A stretch of DNA of 63,964 bases, the filler included, from Thraustochytrium aureum (lineage: Eukaryota): NCBI GenBank assembly GCA_012862495.1. It is 5 parts of 4 records of this genome, joined end to end, with 100 filler letters (N's around TTAATTAATTAA, not from the genome) between each part and the next. Parts side by side here need not be neighbours in the genome. Positions count along the whole stretch, not along the records: positions 1 to 17,956 come from BLSG01000421.1; 4 more parts are not named here. The stretch is one strand, 5' to 3'. Numbering within the stretch: the stretch's first letter is position 1; the number at the start of each line of letters is the position of its first letter. Position numbers and translations under genes: made by a program. The notes under the pieces were generated by a model. That model saw only the letters and a program-made list of their open reading frames with translations, did no database searches and was not told the DNA's origin. Positions 1-11,600 of this stretch are shown here, piece after piece.

Positions 1-412
1 GACTTGGAGTTTGCGCGGCAGCGAAGCCGGTGATGGGCGATGTGGCCAGGACGACGCGTGCCAAGGCGCGCAAGCGCGCAGCCAAGCAGGCCGGCGTGTA
101 TGTCCTATGCAAGGATGTGCCTCTGCAGCTTGTACCCGAGGACGCTGACGGAGTGACAGATGCTGCTGATGCCACTCCTACGATTTCTGCTCTGGAGCGG
201 GGCCATCGCCTCGAGGCGCAGGAGCAGACGACGCTCCGGCCTGGAGTTGAAAAGTACTTTACCAATAGCCTTGGGCTGCCGACGCTTGCGAGGCGAGACG
301 GTGCAGCCAAGCGGATCCCTGATGCGGAGCAGATGGAAACCAAACTGCGCGCCAGAACGGGAGGGCCCCGGCGCCGGACGCCGCCTCAGGACTCGCGCTT
401 GAGCAGCTAGAC

Positions 413-1951
413 GTGGAGCCAGGTCCTGGGCCACACGGCGCCGAAAGCCACGCCATCGCCTTCTGCAAGGCCGATTTCCACCAAACTCGACGTGACGCCT
501 TCGCGCGTTGCAAAGAATGCGAAGATGTTTGCGGCGACGACGCTGTAGCGAGAACAGAAGAAAAGGCAAGCAGTCCGCCACGAACTGCGGCCAAGCCGGA
601 CGGCCATCGCGCCTTGCTCGCGCGCTGCCAGAACCCTACCGCTCTCGCAAGGGAAACAGTCACCGCAGACCAAGTCACACAAGTACGAGGCGCAAGTTGG
701 CGCCCGGACGAAGAGTTGGAGCGCCATGCTCAAGTAACGGAGATCGCCGATTCAGCAAACAACGAGGCGGCCGCCGCCGGCGCTCGCTGCGCCGATGAGA
801 ACCAGGGGGACATCGCCGGCGTGGAGAAAGCCGTCAGCGCGGCGCTCGAGCTCGGGGCCGCTATGGAGGAGCAAGACGCGACGCGCACAATGCAAGCGCT
901 GAGGGCAGGCGCCAGCTTCTTAAAGGAGCGTGGCCAAGTCGCGCAGGTCCTTGTACCCGGCCTCGAGGTCCTCGCCAAGGTGGTAAACAACGAGGCCCTT
1001 GTCGAGAAGCTCGCCGGAGCCCTCCGTCTCGCTGCGCGCGTCGTAGAGAATCCGGACTTCCTCAAGGCCACCGCGGCGAGCGCCAAGCTCGCCGCAGAGG
1101 CGCTCGAGCACGACGCCGTCAAGGACGCGCTGACGCTCGCAGGCAGGGTCTTAGAAGACGAGCAGATCAGTAGTGGAGTCCAGCTAGCGCAGGACTTTCT
1201 CAACTCTGAGGAAGTTCGCAGGGCCTCTGCCAAGACCATTGCCCTCGCGCAAAAGGCTCTAGAAAACGAGACCGTCGACAACTCCCTCAAGCTGGCAGCG
1301 GCCATCGCGCAAGACCCGCGCCTTCAGTCCGCGGCAACCATGGTAATGCAGAGCTCCACTGTCCAAGGCAGCTTGCGGCTCTCCGGTGGGCTTGCTAGCT
1401 CTGTTGCGTCGCGCCTCGCGCGATCTGAGACTGTGCTCGGCGCCGCCAAGGCGGGCCTGCGCGTCGCGTCGCACCCGTATGTTCTCGTCGCGATGCGCTC
1501 TGGCGCCAGCACAACTGTTTCGATCGCCACCTCAGACCCCCTCAAGCGCTCGCTCAAGGCGACCGGCAAAGCCGCGCTGGGCCTCTTCGGGCTCGTCTCG
1601 AGCCTGCCCAAGCTCGTCTACCGCGAGCCCACGGTCGAGGATCTGGAGGCCGAGTACGCCGCGCTTGAGTGCGAGGCGCTCAGAGAGGTTGGTACTCTGG
1701 ACGCGAGGCTGTCCGAGCTAGACCAAGAGGCTGACCGCCTGCGCTTCCTGCTCGCCCCTCTTGAGCAAGAAATCGATGCCAAGCGCGCCATCAAGAGGGA
1801 CATAGCCCGCAAGCTAGGTCTGAAGCGCGCCGCGTTGGAGGAAGCGCGCGCAAAGCTTGAGCACCGCGACTCGACGTGCTCGGACCCAATCGGCGTCGTC
1901 GAACCGGCCAGCGAGCAGCCTCGCGGGAGCCAGTCATGGGCCCAGTCATGA
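413..1951 (+). CDS. Hypothetical helical-repeat protein with C-terminal coiled coil; probably extends upstream through ORF 30..410 via a frameshift near 320-400
   Basis: 512-aa ORF with GC3-rich coding-type codons. Repeated LAxxxLxxxxV units, a hydrophobic patch (AALGLFGLVSSLP) and a heptad coiled coil (LEAEYAALE...LEEARAKLE). True start uncertain. Confidence 0.7.
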   Translation: MEPGPGPHGAESHAIAFCKADFHQTRRDAFARCKECEDVCGDDAVARTEEKASSPPRTAAKPDGHRALLARCQNPTALARETVTADQVTQVRGASWRPDEELERHAQVTEIADSANNEAAAAGARCADENQGDIAGVEKAVSAALELGAAMEEQDATRTMQALRAGASFLKERGQVAQVLVPGLEVLAKVVNNEALVEKLAGALRLAARVVENPDFLKATAASAKLAAEALEHDAVKDALTLAGRVLEDEQISSGVQLAQDFLNSEEVRRASAKTIALAQKALENETVDNSLKLAAAIAQDPRLQSAATMVMQSSTVQGSLRLSGGLASSVASRLARSETVLGAAKAGLRVASHPYVLVAMRSGASTTVSIATSDPLKRSLKATGKAALGLFGLVSSLPKLVYREPTVEDLEAEYAALECEALREVGTLDARLSELDQEADRLRFLLAPLEQEIDAKRAIKRDIARKLGLKRAALEEARAKLEHRDSTCSDPIGVVEPASEQPRGSQSWAQS

Positions 1952-2679
1952 AAGTCCGTTCGGCCATTTGCGCCCCAGCCTTGCGCCGTGTCTCCGAGTC
2001 ATCATGATCACGGCGAGCGCGCATTTCTTTCGTTTTGTGGAGCGGCAACTCCGAGTCGATTGATTGATGAACAACAAGCTTCTCATCTTCTCACCGCACT
2101 TGAAGTTCTCGACCCGACCGAGGCGAGTCGAACAACACCAGAACGAGGAAGGCCCTTGAGAGCAGCGCTTCAGTGACTCGTCAAACATGATGGATCGACG
2201 ACTTGTGGAGCGCACCATTTTTTCGTTTGCCGAGGCCACGGCGCCAGTGACGGTCGCCGCACCGCCTTCTCCCCGCGCAAAGGACGACAAGGCCAACTTG
2301 AAGAGGGCCAACAATGGGCAACAGCCAACCAACTCGGATGAAAGCCGGCATTCGGTCATGATGCTCTCTACTAGCTGGCTGGAGCAACTCCCTGGCGGTG
2401 CCAGTGGATGGATGGAACGCTGCAGTGCACACCACATTGACGCTCCGTCAACTTGAACAGGTGTGCGCGGGAGCGCTCGCGGAGCATCTTGAAAGAGCGC
2501 CGAAGGAGGCAGGCCGCTCCCAAGGCTGCGCGTTTTTCTTGCTCGACAGGTGTGCGCCATGGCGACGCCTTTTGGCGAGCAAGCAACCAGATGCCCATCG
2601 ATCGGAGCAGTGCGCTGGAAGCCCGATCGAGGCTTGCGGGGAGGAGCTCAGCGAGCGGCGACCAAGCGGCAACAGCGTG

Positions 2680-5600
2680 ATGGCGACTCATGTGGGAGAG
2701 CCTGGCAGGGCGCGCCCGAAGAAGATCATGATTTCGTACGAGTGGGAGTCGGTGGTGGACGGACGCCCGACCAAGGCGATTGTGGACGAGGCAGCGGCGT
2801 GGATGAAGCGAGAGAAAGGCTGGGACGTGTGGTACGACCGCCAAGACCTGCTGGCTGGCAATATTGACGAGGCAATGGCCCACGCGATCGACAGCGCAGA
2901 CGTTGTCGTCGTGCTCCTCACTGACGAATACGCGCGCAAAGTCAACAACGGCTCGCCCCGCGACAACTGCAAGCGCGAGTTTCAGTACGCGGCCACGAGC
3001 AAACCTGACAAGATCGTTCCGCTCATGGCGTCCGAGTCGCTCGCGATTGACGGCAACTTGACGGGGATTTTGGGGATCAACCTTGCCCGCGAGCTGTTCC
3101 AGAAGCTCAACGTGGGCCGCTTCGACGAGTCCATCGCCGGGCTTGCTGGGATTATCGAGGCGAAGACCCTTGCAGTACGGCAGCGCCGACCCGACTCGAT
3201 TACTGAGCTGGCGGAACCGACCGAGATTTTCAAGTTGCCCCCGGGCTTCAACTCGCTTCTAACTGCGCAGATCAAGGCCAGTGACTACGAAGAGGGCACG
3301 CGCGAAGCTGCGATACGAGACGTCCACCGCTGGTACAAAGAGGACCTGCTAGGCAAGAAAATGCGTCGCGTACTGGTGTTCCTGGGCCCCGCCGGGTTTT
3401 GGCAAGTCNNNNNNNNNNNNNNNNNNNNNNNNNNNNNNNNNNNNNNNNNNNNNNNNNNNNNNNNNNNNNNNNNNNNNNNNNNNNNNNNNNNNNNNNNNNN
3501 NNNNNNNNNNNNNNNNNNNNNNNNNNNNNNNNNNNNNNNCGAGTAAGCGCGCCGCAAACCGCTCCGGCTTTGACCGGAAGCGCTGGAGCACGGGCAAGAG
3601 CGACGCGCTGCTGATCGGCGCAGCCCACTTTTTCAAGTTCGACAACGCCAACGCCGCAAGCGTTCGCGTCTGCCTGTACTCGGTCGCCAACCAGCTCGCA
3701 AGCGTCGTGCCCGGGCTGAAGGAGGAACTCCGCAAGCTCGACCGCGAAGAGTTGGACAAGACCACCGACTTGTGCGATCTGTTCCAGACAATCATCGTCG
3801 GCCCCTGCAAGGCAGTAAGGGCGCCAAGGCAGAGCGTCGTGGTTATGTTGGACGCGCTCGACGAGATCGCCCCCATGGACAAAGATGCGGTGGTCGACAT
3901 TATCAACTTTGAGTGGGCTGCGCACGCCCCAGACTGGCTTGGCCTGCTGGTCTCCTCGCGTCCCGAGGACCCGATTCGGAGCGAGCTGGGCAAGTTCAAG
4001 CCTCGCGTGCTCGATCTCGGCGACGCGGGCAACGCAGGGGACGTCAAGCGCTTTCTGCGCGCCAAGCTTGCCATGTACTTGCAAAACCCGAAAGAGGATC
4101 TCGTGCCAGCGGTGGAACTCCTCGCGGGCCGCGCCAAGGGCCTCTTTCTGTACGCTCGGTTTGCCGATGAGCAGCTTGCAAACTTTGACGCTCACACCGT
4201 ATCGCTCAAGCAGATACGCGAGGACTGCGACACATTTCCCGACGGCCTCGACGGGGTGTACCGCAAAAACTTTCTGCGCTTCCTCGAGGGTCCGCTGCAA
4301 GGCGACTACGAAAAGTACCAGGCGCTTTTCGGCAGCATGGCCGTCGCCCGCGAGAATCTGCCGCTTGAGGCGGTTGGGCGGCTGCTTGGCATAAATCGAC
4401 CAGCTAGGCTCAAAGGCTTTTTGGGCAAAGCAGGCCTTTTCCTGGACGTGCGCGAGGACTCGGTTGCCTTCATCCACAAGTCGATGCGCGACTTTCTGCT
4501 GGACGACAAGCGCGCAGGCCTGATAAAGGCGCGCAAAACGCCATACCATGACGAGCCTTTCGCGGTCGACATCAAGCAAGGCCACTCCAGCCTTGCAATG
4601 GCGCTCGGCTCTACTTCCTCGGCTTTGCCCTTTGCCGCTCGCCACATCGTGTTTCACCTTTTAAAGAGCGAGCAGTGGGCTGCTGCTGCGAGCAAGCTCC
4701 TCGACTTGGACTGGCTTCTGAAGGCCACCGAGGTCGGCGCTGCGGCGCAGCTCGTGCAGGATGTCGAGCAGTCAAGCGGGCTTGATGGCAGCGCCATGCT
4801 TGCCGCGCGCGCCATCGAGAAGAGCCTGCATGCAGTGAGCCGAGACTGGCGCGAGCTCCCAAGCCAGCTGCTCGGCCGCCTCCCCGAACACCACCCTCTC
4901 GTTCCCCAGGCGCAGTCGTTTCGACATCCGGACTTTAGCTGGCTGCGCCCCGTGCGTGCAAACCTGACTTGCGCAAGCGACCCGCTCCGCAAGATCCTCC
5001 AGGGCGACACCGGCTACGTTTACGCCCTGGCGCTCGACGGGGACCGGATTGTTTCAGGGAGCGACGACAAGTCTGTGCGGGTTTGGAACGCCCGCACCGG
5101 GCAGGAGATCCGGCGCTTAATCGGACACAACTCTTGGGTTCGTGCGGTGGCGCTTGGTGGGGGCCGTATCGTTTCGGGGAGCGATGATACGACCGTACGG
5201 GTCTGGGACGCGAGAACCGGGCAAACGCTGGAGGTCCTTGAGGGCCACACAAATTCCGTGCGCGCTGTGGCNNNNNNNNNNNNNNNNNNNNNNNNNNNNN
5301 NNNNNNNNNNNNNNNNNNNNNNNNNNNNNNNNNNNNNNNNNNNNNNNNNNNNNNNNNNNNNNNNNNNNNNNNNNNNNNNNNNNNNNNNNNNNNNNNNNNN
5401 NNNNNNNNNNNNNNNNNNNNNNNNNNNNNNNNNNNNNNNNNNNNNNNNNNNNNNNNNNNNNNNNNNNNNNNNNNNNNNNNNNNNNNNGTGGCATTGGGTG
5501 GGGATCGTGTTGTTTCGGGAAGCACCGACTGGAGCGTGCGTGTTTGGGACGCCGAGACTGGCCACGAGCTTTTCCACCTCGAGGGACACACTTCCTGGGT

Positions 5601-6987
5601 GCGTGCCGTGGCGCTTTGTGGGGACTGCGTCATTTCAGGCAGCGATGATATGACCGTGAGGCTCTGGGACGTCAGGACCGGGAAGGAGGTGAAGCGCCTC
5701 GAGGGCCACACGGCTGAGGTCAATGCTGTGGCCATTGATGGCAGCTGCATCGTGTCAGGAAGTGACGATAGGACCTTGCGGCTCTGGGACGCCACGACCG
5801 GGAAGGAAGTCAGGCGATTCGAGGGCCACACAGCGGAGGTTCACGCCGTGGCCGTTCATGGTCGCCGCATCGTTTCAGGGAGCGAGGACAAGACTGTTCG
5901 GGTTTGGGACGCAAAGACCGGTGAGCAACTTGACTGCTTTCAGGGACACACTTTTGGAGTCGCCGCCGTAGGTATCAATGGAGACCACATCGTCTCTGGG
6001 AGCGAAGACCAAACCCTACGAGTCTGGGACACCAAGAGCGATCAGGAGCTCCGGCGACTCGCGGGCCGGGCCGTCGGTGCGGACCGAGTTAGCAGACCTC
6101 GCCATGAGTGGGCCGTACGGGTTTGGGACGTCGTGACCGGCCAGGAGCGCAAACCTCGCCGGATCTCCGGAATGCCCATGCGCGTCAGACAAACTAGAAA
6201 CGGCAAAGATTTTTGGCGCCGGCAGGGGCACAGTTCCGGAGTCCTCGCCGTGGCTGTTCACAAGGACCGTATCGCATCAGGGAGCTCTGACGGGACCATT
6301 CGGATCTGGGATGTGAAAACCGGCAAGGAGCTGGGGTGCCTCCTTGGACACACCGGGCCCGTCACGCCGTGGCGCTAGACGCGCAGCTTATTGTTTCAGG
6401 GAGCGAGGACTGGACCGTGCGGGTTTGGGACGTGCGGACGTGCCAGGAGCTCCAGCTCCTACAAGGGCACACACAGCCGGTTCACGCTGTGGCCTTTGAC
6501 AGGGGACCGCATTGTCTCTGGCAGCTCCGACTGGACCGTGCGCGTTTGGGACGCCAAGACTGGCCAGGAGCTACACCGGCGCCGTAGTTCGGGCTTAGCC
6601 ACGCGCATCCACAGGCGGCAAAGCAATACTTTTCGAGAGTTTCGACGTCTGGAGGGGCACACGTCTTGGGTTTGCGCTGTGGCCCTTGATGGGGACCGCG
6701 TTTTTTCCAGAGACTCGAACGGTAGCGTCTTGGCGTGGTCGATGGTGACTGGAGAACGCTTGGATGAGGCGGACGCGGCGGGGGTCTTGGCTCAGTGGGA
6801 GCTCGGGAAAGCTGTGCTAAGCAACGGCGGCAGAACGGTTTCTGTTGATGAGGCGTGCTCGGCAGGGTTCACGTTTGACTCTGGTATCGAAGAGTTTATG
6901 ATGTCTGCGGACGGGTCGTTCGTGGCCGTGTTTGACGGTTCGCACCAGCTGTGCAAGCTGGAGGTGGTCGCCAGTTCGGCGCTTTAG
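2680..6987 (+). CDS. TIR-NACHT-WD40 STAND/NLR-like protein (HET-E/NWD-like architecture with N-terminal TIR); two N gaps, frameshifts at about 3400, 6360 and 6500
   Basis: TIR_2-type motifs IMISYEW, DVWYD, AIDSADVVVVLLT..Y, NCKREF (about 2719-3160). Walker A VLVFLGPAGF[GKS] at about 3370-3408 with one extra T in a T run. Walker B VVVMLDALDE, LLVSSRP, AKGLFLYA, FIHKSMRDFL. About 13-14 40-aa WD40 repeats (GH...IVSGSxDxxVRVWD) from about 5000 to 6760; stop at 6985-6987. Confidence 0.9.
5000..6760 (+). repeat. Coding tandem repeat array, 120-bp unit (WD40 blades)
   Basis: (G/C)AGGG(A/C)CACAC recurs at exactly 5581, 5701, 5821 and 5941; GT(T/C)TGGGAC and TCAGGGAGC motifs recur in register. Confidence 0.9.
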
Positions 6988-8641
6988 TTAGAAGACACAC
7001 AATGGAGGGAGTTGCACGTTTCACCATCAAGCCATCTTGAATTCCGTTCAATCATTGCCCGACCACGAGTCGGGGTGATTTGCTGTTTGCCGGGGCGCCA
7101 CAGTCGATGCATGCGGTGGAGGACATCCACCTTGTCTTTGCGGAGGGCCATTTTCCTCCTGTGCGTTGTGGTCTGCTGGCGGCGTTTTCGACTCGTCACC
7201 GGCCCTCTGGCGCCTGCTCTTGGGGGTGATTCCTGGGATGCATGCCAGCAGCAAAGCTTGCGCTGAGGCAAAATCCAATCTTCGCATTACTACATCGGCT
7301 ACACGCGTTAGCGTACTCGAGGTCGCCATCCTCTACTTTTGCAACATCGGGCCGTCGGCCAAGACTTGACGGATGACAGCCTTGCGGTGTGTTGACACGA
7401 TCCGTCCGTGACAAACTTGCTGAAGATCACCAGCGGAGCAAAGTAGTTGGCCCGAGCAACTTGCTCGCGCGAAGCATGTGAAGGTATTGTTGATCCTCTC
7501 GCTCGCAAGAAACGCGTCGAGGTCTTCAATGAAGTGCTGCTACCGACTATTGGCGCTCACGAAACGAATCCGTGCCAGTCTCGCTGCATGCAAAAGCAAG
7601 CGTTGTCATCGTCTTGGAGAGCAATATCCACGACAAGCAGCACCGATGGGGACACCACGGCTACCGTGGCCGGTGGCCGCAGGATCACTGCAAGCGTCTA
7701 CTCGTAGTACTGGACTCCGCAAGCCCGAAGCGAAAGCCGCCGTTTCAACGTTGCGACGACCCGACGTGGAGTTCATGACTCATCAGGGTCCTGCTCAGGG
7801 GACATGATGATGTAGAGTACTCCATGATGATCAACTTGCCGGTCCGAGGCAGTTGTTCTGCAAGCAGCGAAGGTAGGAGGGGCCATTGCCGAGGCCAACT
7901 CGCAGGGTCAACCGAAGCGATCACGGAGGACAGGTGAGTGGTACCGGTACGTACCCTNNNNNNNNNNNNNNNNNNNNNNNNNNNNNNNNNNNNNNNNNNN
8001 NNNNNNNNNNNNNNNNNNNNNNNNNNNNNNNNNNNNNNNNNNNNNNNNNNNNNNNNNNNNNNNNNNNNNNNNNNNNNNNNNNNNNNNNNNNNNNNNNNNN
8101 NNNNNNNNNNNNNNNNNNNNNNNNNNNNNNNNNNNNNNNNNNNNNNNNNNNNNNNNNNNNNNNNNNNNNNNNNNNNNNNNNNNNNNNNNNNNNNNNNNNN
8201 NNNNNNNNNNNNNNNNNNNNNNNNNNNNNNNNNNNNNNNNNNNNNNNNNNNNNNNNNNNNNNNNNNNNNNNNNNNNNNNNNNNNNNNNNNNNNNNNNNNN
8301 NNNNNNNNNNNNNNNNNNNNNNNNNNNNNNNNNNNNNNNNNNNNNNNNNNNNNNNNNNNNNNNNNNNNNNNNNNNNNNNNNNNNNNNNNNNNNNNNNNNN
8401 NNNNNNNNNNNNNNNNNNNNNNNNNNNNNNNNNNNNNNNNNNNNNNNNNNNNNNNNNNNNNNNNNNNNNNNNNNNNNNNNNNNNNNNNNNNNNNNNNNNN
8501 NNNNNNNNNNNNNNNNNNNNNNNNNNNNNNNNNNNNNNNNNNNNNNNNNNNNNNNNNNNNNNNNNNNNNNNNNNNNNNNNNNNNNNNNNNNNNNNNNNNN
8601 NNNNNNNNNNNNNNNNNNNNNNNNNNNNNNNNNNNNNNNGC

Positions 8642-11600
8642 TTCGGCAAGCTGATCCAGGTCCAGTTCGACAGCAAGCAGGGCTCGATCGTCGGCGGGTC
8701 CATCACCAGCTACCTGCTGGAGAAGAGCCGCCTCGTGCAGCAAGCAGAGGGCGAGCGCAACTACCACATCTTCTACCAGCTGTGCGCCGCCGCCAGCATG
8801 GACCCCGAGATGACCGCCAACTTTGGCCTCATGGAGGCAGACCAGTACTTTTTCCTCAACCAAAGCCAGCGCGAAGCGGCCACCGTGGTGCCCGGCATCA
8901 ACGACTTCAACGAGTGGAACAATACAGTCACCGCCATGGAGGTCATGGGCATCTCCGCCGAAGAGCGCCAAGACATCATCCGGACCCTCTCGGGAATCCT
9001 CCACCTTGGCAACATCCAGTTTGCAGGCACCGACGAAAAGTCCACGATCGAAAACAAGGACGTTTTGGCCGTGGCCGCCGACCAGCTCGGCACCTCGTCA
9101 GCCGTCCTTGAAAAGGCCCTTTGCATGCGCAACCGCGGCAATGCCAAGGAATCCGTATACGCCAACCAAGGCGTCGAGCACGCGCGCGACTCGCGCGACG
9201 CGCTCGCCAAGGCCGTGTACAGCCTCATGTTCGACTGGCTCATCTCCGAAAAGATCAACAAGTCGCTCGAGGGCCGATCTGGCACCAAGGCGCCCGAGGG
9301 GAGCTCGTCGATCAGCGTGCTGGACATTTTCGGGTTCGAGAGCTTTGAGCACAACTCGTTCGAGCAGCTCTGCATCAACTACTGCAACGAGAAGCTGCAG
9401 GGGCACTTCAACCAGCACATCTTCCGCCTCGAGCAGGACGAGTACAAGCGGGAGGGCGTTGACGTGACCAAGATTTCGTTCGAGGACAACGGAGCCGTGC
9501 TCGAGGCGGTCGAGGGCAAGGGCACGGGCGTGCTCTCCATCCTCGACGAGGAGAACCGCCTCCCCCGGGGCACGGACGCTGGATTCCTTGCAAAGGTGCT
9601 CGCATTGGCCGAAAAGGCCAACAATGGCGTCCTGACCGCGCCAGACATCAAGGCACAGCGCAGCAACAAAGGCGGAGTACGCCATGTCTTTACTGTGTCC
9701 CACTACGCCGGGCTGTCGACTACGACTCGCGCGGGTTCTTGGAGAAGAACAAGGACATGCTGCTTCCCGACCTCGCCGAGCTTGGCGTAAAGTCCACGTC
9801 CAAGTTTGTCGCGCGCCTCTTCAAACGCGGCGCCGGCGGCAAGCGCGGCGGTGCCGAGCCCAACAAAAAGACCATCGGGACCCAGTTCCGCGAGCAATTG
9901 CGTGACCTCATGACCACGCTCGACGCGACCGAGCCGCACTTTGTGCGCGCATCAAGCCCAACTCGCAAAAGGTCGGCAACGTGTTCACCGCGCCCATGTG
10001 CCTCGACCAGCTCCGGTGCGCCGGCCTGCTCGAGGTGTGCCGCATCCGCAAGAACGGGTACCCTGTGCGCAATGACTTTGGCGAGTTCGTCCACCGCTAC
10101 CAGGTCCTGCTGCCTGCGCAAGCAGGCAAGGCGGGTGGCGGCGCCACAGGCGCCGCCAAGTTTTGCGCCGCCCTCCAGTCGGCTGGGCGGCTCGCGGCCG
10201 ACCAGTGGCAGATCGGCAAGTCCAAAGTGTTCTTGCGCCAGGAGCAATTCAACAGCCTTGAAGCGGACCGGGACGAGGCGCTAAGCCGCACTGTGGTCCG
10301 GATCCAGGCCAGGGCCCGCGCTTTCATCGCCAAGCGCCACATGAAGGCCAGCAGAGCCTTCCTCGCGGCGCTTGCAAAGGCGGTCAAGGCCCGCGACGCC
10401 GACAAGCTTGAAACCACGCTGCTCGGCGCGAGCTCGCTCCCGCACGCCGGTCGCCATGTCAAAGCCGTCCAGGAAGCGAAGCGGCTCCTGGACCAGCTGC
10501 ACGAAGAGCAGCGCGTTGTCGCGATGTTGGAGGAGGCCATCGAGGCCAACGATCAGAGCGCGGTGCAGAGCGCGCTCAAGGCGGCGATCGACATGGGCAT
10601 GAGCGCGTCCCCAGTCGTCAAGCGTGCCAACGCCGCGCTGCAAACGCTTGCCAAGATGAAGGAGGCCCAGAAAGCGCTCCGCTCTGCGGTGGACTCGCGC
10701 GACATCAAGGCGCTCGCCGCAGCCCTCAAGACCGCGGAGGGGCTCGGGATGCAGACGACAGCAGACTACAAGGACGCTTCCGCGCTCAGCGCCAAGCTGG
10801 AGGAGGAGTCCAAGGCGATCGCAGAGATGGAAAAGGCAGTCAAGAAGAAGGACGTCGNNNNNNNNNNNNNNNNNNNNNNNNNNNNNNNNNNNNNNNNNNN
10901 NNNNNNNNNNNNNNNNNNNNNNNNNNNNNNNNNNNNNNNNNNNNNNNNNNNNNNNNNNNNNNNNNNNNNNNNNNNNNNNNNNNNNNNNNNNNNNNNNNNN
11001 NNNNNNNNNNNAGTCAAGAAGAAGGACGTCGCCGCAATCAAGGCCCTCTTGCCCCGCATGGCCAGCTCGGCCTCGAGGACCACAGTGTCACTCAGGCTGC
11101 CCAAGGCGTCGCCAAAGCGGAGGCCAAGCGCTCGGCGGCCGCCGAGTCGCGCATGCGCGCCATCCAGGCCCAGCTCGAGTCCGCCATCGAGGACCGCGAT
11201 GTGCTGGCGCTCGAGTCTCTCTCCACCCAGGCGATCGAGCTGGGGATGAAGGGCCCCGCGGTGGCAGAAGCGCAGCGCCTGCGCCAGGAGCTGCGCGGCA
11301 AAGCGGACGTCGTCTCCAACCTGACGGCCGAAATGAAGGCGCTCGAAATCAAGAGCCGCTCGCACGCGGGATCACCAAGGCCGACATTGGCGCGCTCTCG
11401 GCGGCCATCCAGGCCGCCAGCGACGCCGGGTTTGCCTCGGGCGAGGAGGAGATGCAGGAGGCCGTTGCGTTTGAGGATCGGATGAGCCAGCAGATCGCGG
11501 CCCAAGAGGCCGTCAAGAAGGCGCTCAAGGACGGGTCGCCTGCGGCGCTCAAAGGCGTCATCCCCAAGATCCAGGAGCTCGGCCTCGAGACAGGCGACGC

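Noticed and set aside
6990..7957. Lower-GC tract after the NLR-like gene as a decayed transposon or pseudogene
   Set aside because: Only short ORFs, with no recognisable transposase, RT or other motif and no terminal repeats. It would need a tblastx search.
10838..11031. 20-bp direct repeat AGTCAAGAAGAAGGACGTCG flanking an N gap, resembling a target-site duplication
   Set aside because: Merging the copies gives a continuous repeat unit (EMEKAVKKKDVAAIKALL). This is an unmerged contig overlap.
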